DNA of 64,000 bases from Oscillospiraceae bacterium (GTDB lineage Bacteria > Bacillota > Clostridia > Oscillospirales > Oscillospiraceae). The position numbers and the translations under genes are program-made. Under the pieces are notes generated by a model. The model did not search any database. It saw nothing but the letters and a program-made list of their open reading frames with translations, and had not been told where the DNA came from. The stretch lies in contig JAGBSG010000053.1 in the NCBI GenBank assembly GCA_017632035.1, positions 7,386-71,385 of the forward strand. The letters are read 5' to 3'. Positions 1 through 8,619 of the stretch are shown piece by piece; the stretch's first letter is position 1; the number at the start of each line of letters is the position of its first letter.

Positions 1-697
1 TATGACGCAGGAAATCATGGCCCAGACCTGCGCCCTCTGCAGCACCCTCAATAATGCCGGGAATATCTGCCATTACAAAGGATACGCCCTCATCCACATA
101 GATCACGCCCAGATTAGGGAACAGGGTGGTGAAGTGGTAATTGGCGATTTTGGGCCGGGCGTTGGAGGTAACGGAGAGCAGGGTGGACTTGCCCACATTG
201 GGGAAGCCTACCAGGCCCACATCGGCCAGCAGCTTCAGCTCCAGGATCACATCCCGCTCCTCGCCCTTCAGGCCGGCCTTGGCGAACCGGGGAGCCTGCC
301 GGGTGGGAGTGGCATAGTGGGCGTTGCCCCAACCGCCTCTGCCACCCTTGGCGATCACGAAATCCTCACCGGTGGACATATCTACGATAATTTGGTTGGA
401 CTCGGCATCCCGAACAACTGTGCCTCTGGGTACTTGAATAACCAAGGGTTCGCCCCGTTTGCCGCTCATTTTGCGGCCTGCGCCGTTGGCACCGGCCTGG
501 GCAGCGTATTTGCGCTTATAGCGAAAATCCAGCAGGGTGGACAGATTGTCGTTGACCCGGAGGATCACACTGCCGCCATGACCGCCGTCGCCGCCGTCAG
601 GTCCGCCGGAGGCTACATATTTTTCTCTGTGAAAGGCCACGGCGCCGTCGCCGCCCCGTCCGCCAATCACGGTGATTCGTACTTTATCTACAAACAT
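1..697 (-). CDS. obgE: GTPase ObgE (5' part; continues off the left edge)
   Basis: Minus strand reads [42 protein letters not shown] from ATG at 697, with an AGGAGG RBS. Later GFPNVGKS and DIPG G-motifs. Canonical position after rpmA. Confidence 0.97.
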   Translation of the reverse strand, partial: MFVDKVRITVIGGRGGDGAVAFHREKYVASGGPDGGDGGHGGSVILRVNDNLSTLLDFRYKRKYAAQAGANGAGRKMSGKRGEPLVIQVPRGTVVRDAESNQIIVDMSTGEDFVIAKGGRGGWGNAHYATPTRQAPRFAKAGLKGEERDVILELKLLADVGLVGFPNVGKSTLLSVTSNARPKIANYHFTTLFPNLGVIYVDEGVSFVMADIPGIIEGAAEGAGLGHDFLRH

Positions 698-844
698 AAG
701 AATTCCTCCTTGAGTCACAGCGGAAAATTGAAAATGGAAAACTGAAAATCTATATCCGGTAATTTTCAACTTTCCATTTTCAATTTAAAAAAGAGGGCTG
801 TTGCAGCCTTTAGTTTGCAACAGCCCTTCCATAACTATGCGCTT

Positions 845-1126
845 TTACTGTGCAGCGTACACGGAGCACTGCCGGCGATCCTTGCCCTTGCGCTCGAACT
901 TGACGGTGCCGTCAACCAGAGCAAACAGTGTGTCGTCACTGCCGATGCCGACATTGACACCGGGATGGATGTGAGTGCCTCTCTGGCGAACCAGAATGTT
1001 GCCGGCCAGAACGAACTGACCGTCAGCGCGCTTCACGCCCAGACGCTTAGCCTCGGAGTCACGGCCGTTCTTAGTGGAACCGCCGCCCTTATGGTGAGCG
1101 AAAAACTGAATACCAATCTTCAGCAT
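845..1126 (-). CDS. rpmA: 50S ribosomal protein L27 with N-terminal Prp-cleaved extension
   Basis: [33 protein letters not shown]. Confidence 0.99.
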   Translation of the reverse strand: MLKIGIQFFAHHKGGGSTKNGRDSEAKRLGVKRADGQFVLAGNILVRQRGTHIHPGVNVGIGSDDTLFALVDGTVKFERKGKDRRQCSVYAAQ

Positions 1127-1129
1127 GAG

Positions 1130-1453
1130 TTACACCTCCAAAACTTCGATATAATCAGGATAATCTTCCTTCAAACTGATCAGAGTCAGCAGCATTCCGG
1201 AAAGGACTGCCTGTACTGTCTCTTCCTCGTCACAGGAAGCGGGGAGGGTCAGGGTGATACGAGCCTGCTCGTCCTTGACCCGGACTTTGGCCTTTGCGCC
1301 ACACACATCGTTGATGGTGGCCTCGGCCATGGTAACAACAGCGGAAATGGCGGCACAGACGATGTCTGAACCGGCTTCACTATAGCCGCTGTGACCGGAG
1401 ATGGAGAATCCGGTGATCCTCTCATTCTCAGTAAAAAATTCGCATCTGGTCAT
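1130..1453 (-). CDS. prp: Ribosomal-processing cysteine protease Prp (YsxB)
   Basis: GHSGY...DIVCAAIS catalytic motif; lies between rplU and rpmA. Confidence 0.95.
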   Translation of the reverse strand: MTRCEFFTENERITGFSISGHSGYSEAGSDIVCAAISAVVTMAEATINDVCGAKAKVRVKDEQARITLTLPASCDEEETVQAVLSGMLLTLISLKEDYPDYIEVLEV

Positions 1454-1455
1454 AA

Positions 1456-1767
1456 TTACAGTGCGATCTTGGTGATTTCCACCTTGGTGTAAGGCTGGCG
1501 ATGACCCTGCTTCTTCTTCTCGCCCTTCTTGGGCTTGTACTTGAAGACGGTGATCTTCTTAGCCTTGCCGTTCTTGACGACCTTAGCCTCAACAGCGGCA
1601 CCCTCCACAACGGGAGCGCCGATCTTGGAGTTTTCGCCGTCCAGCACAGCCAGAACCTGGTCGAACTTCACGGTAGCCTCAGCCTCGGCCTCCAGCTTTT
1701 CGATGTACAGGACATCGCCCTCGGCCACGGTGTACTGCTTGCCACCGGTCACGATAACTGCTTTCAT
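1456..1767 (-). CDS. rplU: 50S ribosomal protein L21
   Basis: [12 protein letters not shown]...[13 protein letters not shown] at 1767 follows an AGGTGA RBS. Confidence 0.98.
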   Translation of the reverse strand: MKAVIVTGGKQYTVAEGDVLYIEKLEAEAEATVKFDQVLAVLDGENSKIGAPVVEGAAVEAKVVKNGKAKKITVFKYKPKKGEKKKQGHRQPYTKVEITKIAL

Positions 1768-1787
1768 TCTTTTCACCTACTTTTATT

Positions 1788-1858
1788 GTGTAGTCTCGCT
1801 CTTAAGGCGGGTGCGTTTGGGCGCACCAACTTGAGCCCATTCGATGCGGCTCGCCTAT
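1788..1858 (-). ncRNA. Probable L21 leader (ribosomal protein leader RNA)
   Basis: Structured 5' UTR of rplU (GGCG..CGCC, GAGCC..GGCTC, GTGCG..CGCAC helices). Position is typical for Bacillota. Confidence 0.6.
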
Positions 1859-2043
1859 TTTATCATGGGTAAAACCAAAAGTCAAGAACTTTTCGCAACT
1901 TTATTCTGGTTTTTTACAGGGTTTTGCTGTGCTTACGCCTACGAAATGGGCAAAGTGGCCGTGGAGCTTTTTGCCTGATTGCTGACGGTGTGCGTAAGTC
2001 TGAACTGGCTGTAGGAAAAAACCGAAAAAATGTAAAAAATCCC

Positions 2044-2072
2044 TTGACAAATGGCGATACCCACTGTATAAT
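2044..2072 (+). promoter_or_regulatory. SigA promoter of the tRNA gene
   Basis: TTGACA(2044-49)-17 bp-TATAAT(2067-72), perfect consensus. Confidence 0.9.
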
Positions 2073-2085
2073 GACTCCTGCGTCT

Positions 2086-2161
2086 GGACGATTAGCTCAG
2101 CTGGTAGAGCATGCGCTTGACGTGCGCAGGGTCAGCGGTTCGAGTCCGTTATCGTCCACCA
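2086..2161 (+). tRNA. tRNA-Val (GAC)
   Basis: 76-nt cloverleaf: acceptor GGACGAT/ATCGTCC, anticodon loop TTGACGT, TTCGAGT T-loop, encoded CCA. Confidence 0.98.
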
Positions 2162-2206
2162 TAAAAGAACCGTAATTGTGATACGCAGTTACGGTTCTTT
2201 TATTTT
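2162..2206 (+). terminator. Intrinsic terminator after the tRNA
   Basis: AAAAGAACCGTAA...TTACGGTTCTTTT stem followed by a T-rich tail. Confidence 0.8.
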
Positions 2207-2249
2207 GCCTTTTACCCCTAAAATGGGGTTTATCTAACATTTTCCAAAG

Positions 2250-2297
2250 AAAATGCCCAACCAGGAGTTATTTCCCGGTTGGGCATTTTGCATTTTT
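2250..2297. terminator. Second hairpin, possibly a bidirectional terminator
   Basis: AAAATGCCCAACC...GGTTGGGCATTTT inverted repeat. Confidence 0.6.
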
Positions 2298-2316
2298 AGG
2301 TCGTTTCCCCACTACA

Positions 2317-2453
2317 AATCGTTGGAATTATGGGGTTATCGTTGGATTTGTGGGGTAATCGTTAGACTTATGGGGCTATCGTTGGATTTGTGGGGTAATC
2401 GTTGGATTTATGGGTAATCGTTAGAATTGTGGGTAATCGTTGGATTTATAGGT
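2317..2453. repeat. Tandem array of 7 x 19-20 bp units, consensus WATCGTTRGAHTTRTGGG(G)T
   Basis: Units start at 2317, 2337, 2357, 2377, 2397, 2416 and 2435, with no spacers between them. Confidence 0.95.
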
Positions 2454-2457
2454 GTAG

Positions 2458-3117
2458 TTAATTTAGATCCCCAGCAACTCTACGGCGAACATCATTAAGC
2501 CACTCACCTTTGTATTTAAAATACCTAGGACCGGCAACACCCCACTTTGATCCGGAGAGTGCTGTAGCCAACGCAGACAAGGAATAGGTCTTCCCCTGGT
2601 ACTCGACGTGCTTATCATCAACAACGGTGCAGGTCAATTCCGGATCGGCATAAAAATAGATGGTCTCTCCAGGCTCGATATTGCACTTGCTAAATGTAAA
2701 GGGAGAAAGGCGTTCCTTGCGCTCCTCACTAATTTCTTGTGCCTCTTCCTCTGCTTTTGCCTCATTGGCATCCATTTCCCAAAGCTTCAGCTTATCTGTG
2801 CAGCCGTGGATTTCTGCAATTGCCTCAAGGAGTGCATACGCAGCTTCAGGCGACATTGCATAGAATTCACGCTTTCTCTGTTTGCCGTTAAAGGTTTCAA
2901 TGGATCGCAGAGTGGGGTTTAGTCTATCAATAAGATCGTGCAGTTTCAAATCTACCAAGCGATTATTAACTTCATATGTCGCATATACCCGGAATGCAAA
3001 AGGAATGCATTCGCTCCTATTTAATTGATTCAGACGGGAATCAATGTCATCCGCATAACCAATTTTAACATATTCCGGGAAGGACGGGTTTGTAAGTATG
3101 TAAATAACGCCACTCAT
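2458..3117 (-). CDS. GIY-YIG (T5orf172-like) nuclease with a C-terminal RAMA-like domain
   Basis: GVIYILTNPSFPEYVKIGY...RLNQL...REFY; C-terminal VVDDKHVEYQGKTYSLSALA. Confidence 0.8.
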   Translation of the reverse strand: MSGVIYILTNPSFPEYVKIGYADDIDSRLNQLNRSECIPFAFRVYATYEVNNRLVDLKLHDLIDRLNPTLRSIETFNGKQRKREFYAMSPEAAYALLEAIAEIHGCTDKLKLWEMDANEAKAEEEAQEISEERKERLSPFTFSKCNIEPGETIYFYADPELTCTVVDDKHVEYQGKTYSLSALATALSGSKWGVAGPRYFKYKGEWLNDVRRRVAGDLN

Positions 3118-3159
3118 TTAACGCACTCCTAACTGTGGGGATTATTCTCATCAAGAAAA

Positions 3160-6000
3160 TTATTTTATCCGCAAAAAGCCTTTTTTAAAGGTGTCTGGGA
3201 ATAGGAATGTCTTTTTACCGGATGTAAAATTGATATGAATATAATTTGTTACCTTATCAACTCTCAACACAGTGCCCTCACCAAAAGATTTGTGAATAAC
3301 CACCGTACCTTTTTTTACATCCAACCACTGGCTGTTACTTGCATCCGGCTCTGTTGCAGGAGCTGCCTTAATGGGGGCGCTTTCGCTCTGCACAGGGGCA
3401 ACTGTGCTAACTGCCGGTTTGGCCAATGGTGTTGTTGCAGTGACAGGCTTTTCTTCAACTACCGTTTCCGGGATCGAAGATAATGTAGAAGCGGTGCTAC
3501 GATAATATTGTCTTTCGTAACTATCTCGCTCCATAACCGTGTCCCAGCCACCAACATCCTGTCCGAAATGTTTATCAATGCCGGTATAACGGAGGCTCGT
3601 ATCCTCGTAGCGTTTGAACTTATAGATTGCGTCGTTCATAAGATCGCCGTTAAAAACATGCAACGACACGAGTAGTTCAAAATCTTCAACGGAAAGACCG
3701 GTTACTTTTTTGAACAGATTAGGTTCAAGCTTTGTGATAACATGAAGCAGCGTTTCTTCACGATAATCTGTAAGATACATAAACACCGGTATACGAGTTG
3801 CAAATTTAAGCAGTTTCTCCTGAATTTGCTTACGAAGACTCTTATATTCCTTTTCTTCCTCATTAAGTTCCTTCTTTTGTTTTGCATTAAGAGAATCGCT
3901 GCTCTTTTTTGCCTCTTTGACCTTTTCAGACTTGTTAATAATAGTTTGAATATCCTGGTTCAAGCTTCTGAAGCCCTCGATGCTCATAAGAGCGTCCATG
4001 GCTTTCTTGTTGCCCATCAATCGTGCCAGGGTATCATTATCTACATTAACCAACAAAGGGCTTTCCCAGCGCCTTGCAAGGAGCGTGGCGGATGTTCCGG
4101 ACATTGCATAGTCGAGAATTTCAGCAGCATTTATTTGCCGCATACCATTTCCGTCATATGCTAGCACTGGAAGGAAACTAACAAATTCTTCAACTTTTTT
4201 CTCAGGGCTAACAGCGGCATCAATATTTAGTCTGCAACCATAATCTGCAATTTGTTTTAATGCTCTGTTAATTGCGAAGTCAAAGACGTAGCATTCTTCC
4301 TTAATGACATCGCCATCGACTACCCACGGACTTTGAACTCTAAACGCAGCCTGGAAATAAGTTTCCGGGCTTTTGAGGTTTCTGAGCATAAAAATCGCAG
4401 TCCACGGTTTGATGGTAACACCCGTGGTGAGCTTGCCACAAGAAAGTGTGATTGTCTTGGACTCCAACGGATTGTCCATTGATTCTTGAATTGGTGCAAC
4501 AGCGGCAAGTCCTACACCGGCCTTTGTTCCTGCGCACAGGTTGACCTTGTAGTCGTGATAAAAAACATTTTGCCTTTGAGCTAGTAAGTTCTTCATAGCG
4601 TAGCAGGCAGCAATGTCCGGCAAAAACCAAAGTGTATGCGTTAAGAGTTGGAGCAAATTACTGTCCGAATACGGCATAGGTGGCTTTTGGACCCCTTGCT
4701 TTAGATTGTCAGCTTCAACATCAAGGTACGATCCACGAATCAGATCAAGCCATTTCTGGACATATTCTTCGTATGTAAATCGAGCATTTTCGCCGGCTCC
4801 CTCTGCTTTAAAGAAAGTATTGAGGTTAAACTCATCAAACTCCCCTTGCTCTGCAATTCTGCGAATACTATCGGGCAGCTGGTATGCCATCAGCACCATC
4901 CGAGGCAAGGCTTTGTATGGATTATCATCGCCTACCCAGTTTTCTTTTGCGTGCTGTTCGTCCGAGTATGTCCAGTTATAGATCTGCTCTTCAATAAACT
5001 CGCCCGAATTCAACGCTCTAAATGGAGTTCCGGACAAATACAGATAGAATCGTGTTGTGATAGGCAGGAAGGTTTCATCGCATGCGTTTGCACGATCATA
5101 GTTATCCAACTCGGCATCATATAAATCTTCGTCTTCGTGTTCAAATAACTTTTTAGCGTTATCTTTCCAGGCACCGAAATGATACTCGTCAAAAGCAACA
5201 AGATCCCAATTTACAGTATGCACCCATTCGTTTTTAGGTTTAATACCACCGGTGTTTTTGTCAACACCAAGAAAATCCTGGAAGGAGCCAAAGCAAACGA
5301 TGGGTTTACTTTTGTCAGCTCTTTTGTATTGGATATCAATACTACCTTGGCTAGGATCTGTCGATCTTGCGATAAACTGCCAACCCTCAAAATCAATATG
5401 TGAACACAAATCTTCTCGCCAAGCACTTTGTACAGCTGGTTTAAACGTGAGTATTAGCACTCGTTTAAATCCCATCCGCTTCGCAAGCTGGTATGTTGCA
5501 AAGGTTTTACCAAAGCGCATCTTTGCGTTCCACAGGAATTTCGGGCGGCGAGCAGCATTATCTGCTTCGGTGGATTTGTAGTATGCAACCGTTTTCGTCA
5601 CGGCATCTTCTTGCTCTGGGCGCATCGAGAAATCAAGCGTTCTGTGTTCAGCATTTTCAGTCCGATTTTTAACTGCAAGCCACGCAGCACGCACATCGGA
5701 AACAGAACACTTGAACCACTCACCATCAACACGCTTTATACCGCGAGATTGTAAATATCTGTGAATGTTATGGTCTGTAAAAGACGAACCATCATTACGC
5801 ATAGCCGATTCCACGAAAACGATTCGGTACGGCTTACCGCCGGGGCGGATGGTTGGATACTGTTGAGCTACACGCCTTTCGACATCATGCTTTGTATAAC
5901 CGATTTTGAGCATACCACGATATAGGGGGTTGTTCTCTTCGTAAGCATATATCATCGGGCGAGATTCCGGGCGCATAGGAAAGAAATCTGTTTTACTCAT
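3160..6000 (-). CDS. Restriction-type subunit: N-terminal GIY-YIG/T5orf172 domain + SF2 (ResIII-like) helicase
   Basis: IYAY...LKIGYT...RVAQQ...GEWF; Walker A AKMRFGKT; DEYH; LSGTPF; QAAFRVQ. Start taken at 6000 (AAGGAGG RBS). Confidence 0.85.
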   Translation of the reverse strand: MSKTDFFPMRPESRPMIYAYEENNPLYRGMLKIGYTKHDVERRVAQQYPTIRPGGKPYRIVFVESAMRNDGSSFTDHNIHRYLQSRGIKRVDGEWFKCSVSDVRAAWLAVKNRTENAEHRTLDFSMRPEQEDAVTKTVAYYKSTEADNAARRPKFLWNAKMRFGKTFATYQLAKRMGFKRVLILTFKPAVQSAWREDLCSHIDFEGWQFIARSTDPSQGSIDIQYKRADKSKPIVCFGSFQDFLGVDKNTGGIKPKNEWVHTVNWDLVAFDEYHFGAWKDNAKKLFEHEDEDLYDAELDNYDRANACDETFLPITTRFYLYLSGTPFRALNSGEFIEEQIYNWTYSDEQHAKENWVGDDNPYKALPRMVLMAYQLPDSIRRIAEQGEFDEFNLNTFFKAEGAGENARFTYEEYVQKWLDLIRGSYLDVEADNLKQGVQKPPMPYSDSNLLQLLTHTLWFLPDIAACYAMKNLLAQRQNVFYHDYKVNLCAGTKAGVGLAAVAPIQESMDNPLESKTITLSCGKLTTGVTIKPWTAIFMLRNLKSPETYFQAAFRVQSPWVVDGDVIKEECYVFDFAINRALKQIADYGCRLNIDAAVSPEKKVEEFVSFLPVLAYDGNGMRQINAAEILDYAMSGTSATLLARRWESPLLVNVDNDTLARLMGNKKAMDALMSIEGFRSLNQDIQTIINKSEKVKEAKKSSDSLNAKQKKELNEEEKEYKSLRKQIQEKLLKFATRIPVFMYLTDYREETLLHVITKLEPNLFKKVTGLSVEDFELLVSLHVFNGDLMNDAIYKFKRYEDTSLRYTGIDKHFGQDVGGWDTVMERDSYERQYYRSTASTLSSIPETVVEEKPVTATTPLAKPAVSTVAPVQSESAPIKAAPATEPDASNSQWLDVKKGTVVIHKSFGEGTVLRVDKVTNYIHINFTSGKKTFLFPDTFKKGFLRIK

Positions 6001-7585
6001 TTGCTGCACCCTCCTTATCTATTGGTCTGATGAGAGACTCAATGAAGTTAATCTCTTCGCTCGTAAGATTATACTTTTTGTACAGCTTTTCATCTGTCCA
6101 TTCCTCAGTAAAATCCTGGTTTGGTACAAATGCAAAGCAACCCTTTGTAATGTGCTGTGTTACCGCAATTTGGGCGACTAGGAAACGAACGAATTTCGTT
6201 CTAAAATAGACACGCAGGTTTTCTGCTTCGGCTTCTGTGTCAAAAACGCCAGCGATAAGATAAACTTCACTACATACAGATTTGGGGGGCAGTACTTCGA
6301 TGATCGACATTACTTTGCGCATTCCGTCTTTGTCGGGCTGCCCTGCGTGGTCGTAGGAAGCATAGGAAGTAATGGTTTTCCATTTGTCAATCATATCTCG
6401 GCCGGTAGTAATTAGGCTGGATTTGTACTTTCCAAGACCCTTACTGTATCTAAGCGTAATGTCACCATCGGGCAGTGAGGAAACTGTTGTGTCTAGACCG
6501 AATGGCTTACGGCTTGACACCTGCCGATCCATAGTTGGCTCACCGTATGCCGCTACTTTTTTGATAATATCAGCCGCCAGCGAATATCGCACAAAGGTCT
6601 GGAATTCATCAAGTGGTCTCTGTGAGATCGATGTTTTGCCTTTGATGACATTTTTTATTGTACAATCGCCGTTGTATTGCCGGTCCCACAGGAAGTAGCA
6701 CACACCACCGGAAATATCGATACCAGGAAAACACTCACTTGAGTCTGTGTAATCAACAAGATACCGAATGTGGCGATCTTTCAGCATTGATGCCCGGAAG
6801 CTATCAAGTCCCTTACCACCCGAGAACCAGCGTGCGGGTGTTACAGAAATGAAGTACCGAGGCTTAAATTTTCTTGCCTGGTCGACAAAATATTGATAAA
6901 TGGGCTTAGAGCTTGCCTTAGCACCACCGTCACTCAAGTCATAGGGGGGATTGGTTATGATGACATCAAAGTCTATTCCAAAAATTCTTTTCGGATCTTG
7001 TGTGTGAATCCACTCATAAGCATAGCTTTCTAAATCGGCGCTGCGGTCATATTGACTCTGTGGTGCACCACAAAACACGCACTTTCCATCTTTCCAAGTG
7101 TGGTTTCCGGGAACAAAGCGAATATTGCCATCGGGAGAACTGAACTGTGTCACAGAATATTTACTGTCAGCATATTTTGCACAGTAGACGCTTCTTCTAG
7201 AAAGAAGGCTAGTCAGTTCGGTAATTGCAATACCGAAAAGCTGATTATGAAAAACATGATCGACAACTCTCTGAAGATCTTCCAAAAAAGCGGTCTCATC
7301 TGCGGTCAGCGGTTCACCTGAATTTTGCTTTTCATCGATGAGTAAGACTCTTTTCTCATAGGCAGGGAGTTGCGCATTAATCAATCGCTTTGCGATTTCT
7401 CGCAGGAATACACCACTCTTACATCCGGGATCTAAAAAGGTAGTGGTTGTGCTTTGAAACAGTTCCTGCGGCAATAAATCTAAAATATCATTTGCAATCT
7501 CTGGCGGGGTAAAGACCTCGTCATTTGAGAGGTTTGCAAGGCAGGACAAAATGTCCGGGTTATAACCTTTTATCGAAATAGCCAA
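5993..7585 (-). CDS. Eco57I-family N6-adenine DNA methyltransferase
   Basis: EVFTPP, FLDPGCKSGVF (motif I) and ITNPPY (motif IV), followed by a TRD-like C-terminus. Confidence 0.9.
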   Translation of the reverse strand: MAISIKGYNPDILSCLANLSNDEVFTPPEIANDILDLLPQELFQSTTTTFLDPGCKSGVFLREIAKRLINAQLPAYEKRVLLIDEKQNSGEPLTADETAFLEDLQRVVDHVFHNQLFGIAITELTSLLSRRSVYCAKYADSKYSVTQFSSPDGNIRFVPGNHTWKDGKCVFCGAPQSQYDRSADLESYAYEWIHTQDPKRIFGIDFDVIITNPPYDLSDGGAKASSKPIYQYFVDQARKFKPRYFISVTPARWFSGGKGLDSFRASMLKDRHIRYLVDYTDSSECFPGIDISGGVCYFLWDRQYNGDCTIKNVIKGKTSISQRPLDEFQTFVRYSLAADIIKKVAAYGEPTMDRQVSSRKPFGLDTTVSSLPDGDITLRYSKGLGKYKSSLITTGRDMIDKWKTITSYASYDHAGQPDKDGMRKVMSIIEVLPPKSVCSEVYLIAGVFDTEAEAENLRVYFRTKFVRFLVAQIAVTQHITKGCFAFVPNQDFTEEWTDEKLYKKYNLTSEEINFIESLIRPIDKEGAANE

Positions 7586-7600
7586 TGTAAACCCACCTTA

Positions 7601-8611
7601 TCATTTATTGTAGAACATTGCAGTATACATTCTGCTCGGAACGAAGAAATAGTCGTAGGGCGAAGCAAAAATGCGTACATTTGGTGCATTGCCGGATATT
7701 AGTGAATCCATATTATCGATCTTCACGAGATAATAATCATTTTTCTTTTGTTGCATTATTTGCATTTCAAATGATGTCATTGCAAAAATAGGTGATTTTC
7801 TTTTGCTAGTTTTTACTTCGATATAGATATCACGATCTCCATCGCGGATCATAATATCGCATCCTTTTCCTACGGATTTATCCTCCCAATTTTCGGTTGT
7901 ATCGAATCCGTTGTTAAACCAGGTGATAATACAGTTTTCAGGAGACTTAACCCCAAACATTGAGAGTAGATCTCCGCTGTTTGCCAAAAGCGCATTATAG
8001 AAATACTGTTCACCGAGCCACCCTAAATGTAGCAACTGCTCATCAGACAAGCCTGCGCTGGCCTCACTTAAAAGAGAATGGTGAGCGCCTTTCTTTTTCG
8101 TTTTTTCTTGCGAGTCTTCACTATCAGTAATCAATTTAACATCGGGCGTAACCATATCTGCATCGGTGACCGATGTACTTAAAGCAGACAGAAAGTCCTC
8201 ACTGGCATTGAAGCCTCTTAGGAACGATTCATATCCCGAGTCGCCCTTGGCTTTTGCTTTACTATGAATTGAGCGGGTATCTTGCTTTGGTTGAAAGAAA
8301 GCAAAGCCATATTCATCTACCAGCTCTCTAATGAATACGGTGTCATTAAGTCTGCCGTATTTTTGATCGAGAGCTGCTTTCAAAACTTCGGGACAATCGT
8401 CGGGATCGGATAAATAGATTCGATACTGATCTCCAAATTTATGTGCTGAATTTATTGGGTAAGGAGTTACGCCATACTTTTCTTCGAAATCTGCACATTT
8501 TTTTGCAGGGACTTCAGCAGTAATGCTGGCAATGATACCAGGCTGCGCCAGATAGCCGATGATTTCCTGACGCACATCATCCGGGAGACTTGATATTTTA
8601 CCCATGATCAT
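7601..8611 (-). CDS. DUF3883/NOV_C-type PD-(D/E)xK nuclease with unknown N-terminal domain
   Basis: GWLGEQYFY...GKGCDI...YIEVKTS...FAMTSFE C-terminal motif. Confidence 0.75.
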   Translation of the reverse strand: MIMGKISSLPDDVRQEIIGYLAQPGIIASITAEVPAKKCADFEEKYGVTPYPINSAHKFGDQYRIYLSDPDDCPEVLKAALDQKYGRLNDTVFIRELVDEYGFAFFQPKQDTRSIHSKAKAKGDSGYESFLRGFNASEDFLSALSTSVTDADMVTPDVKLITDSEDSQEKTKKKGAHHSLLSEASAGLSDEQLLHLGWLGEQYFYNALLANSGDLLSMFGVKSPENCIITWFNNGFDTTENWEDKSVGKGCDIMIRDGDRDIYIEVKTSKRKSPIFAMTSFEMQIMQQKKNDYYLVKIDNMDSLISGNAPNVRIFASPYDYFFVPSRMYTAMFYNK

Positions 8612-8619
8612 TCACCCCT

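Noticed and set aside
2-745. 247-aa plus-strand ORF in the track
   Set aside because: Antisense shadow of obgE, which has clear motifs and an RBS on the minus strand.
845-1453. N-terminal extension on L27 and an adjacent protease
   Set aside because: Well-known Prp processing system of Bacillota.
2140-2161. tRNA 3' end as a duplicated att core
   Set aside because: I found no second copy in the window by eye, and the only recombinase is a serine type; the att site is left unassigned.
2317-2453. Possible CRISPR or guide-RNA array
   Set aside because: Units are contiguous with no unique spacers, and there are no cas genes; the DUF2800 Cas4-like gene is a normal phage replication gene.
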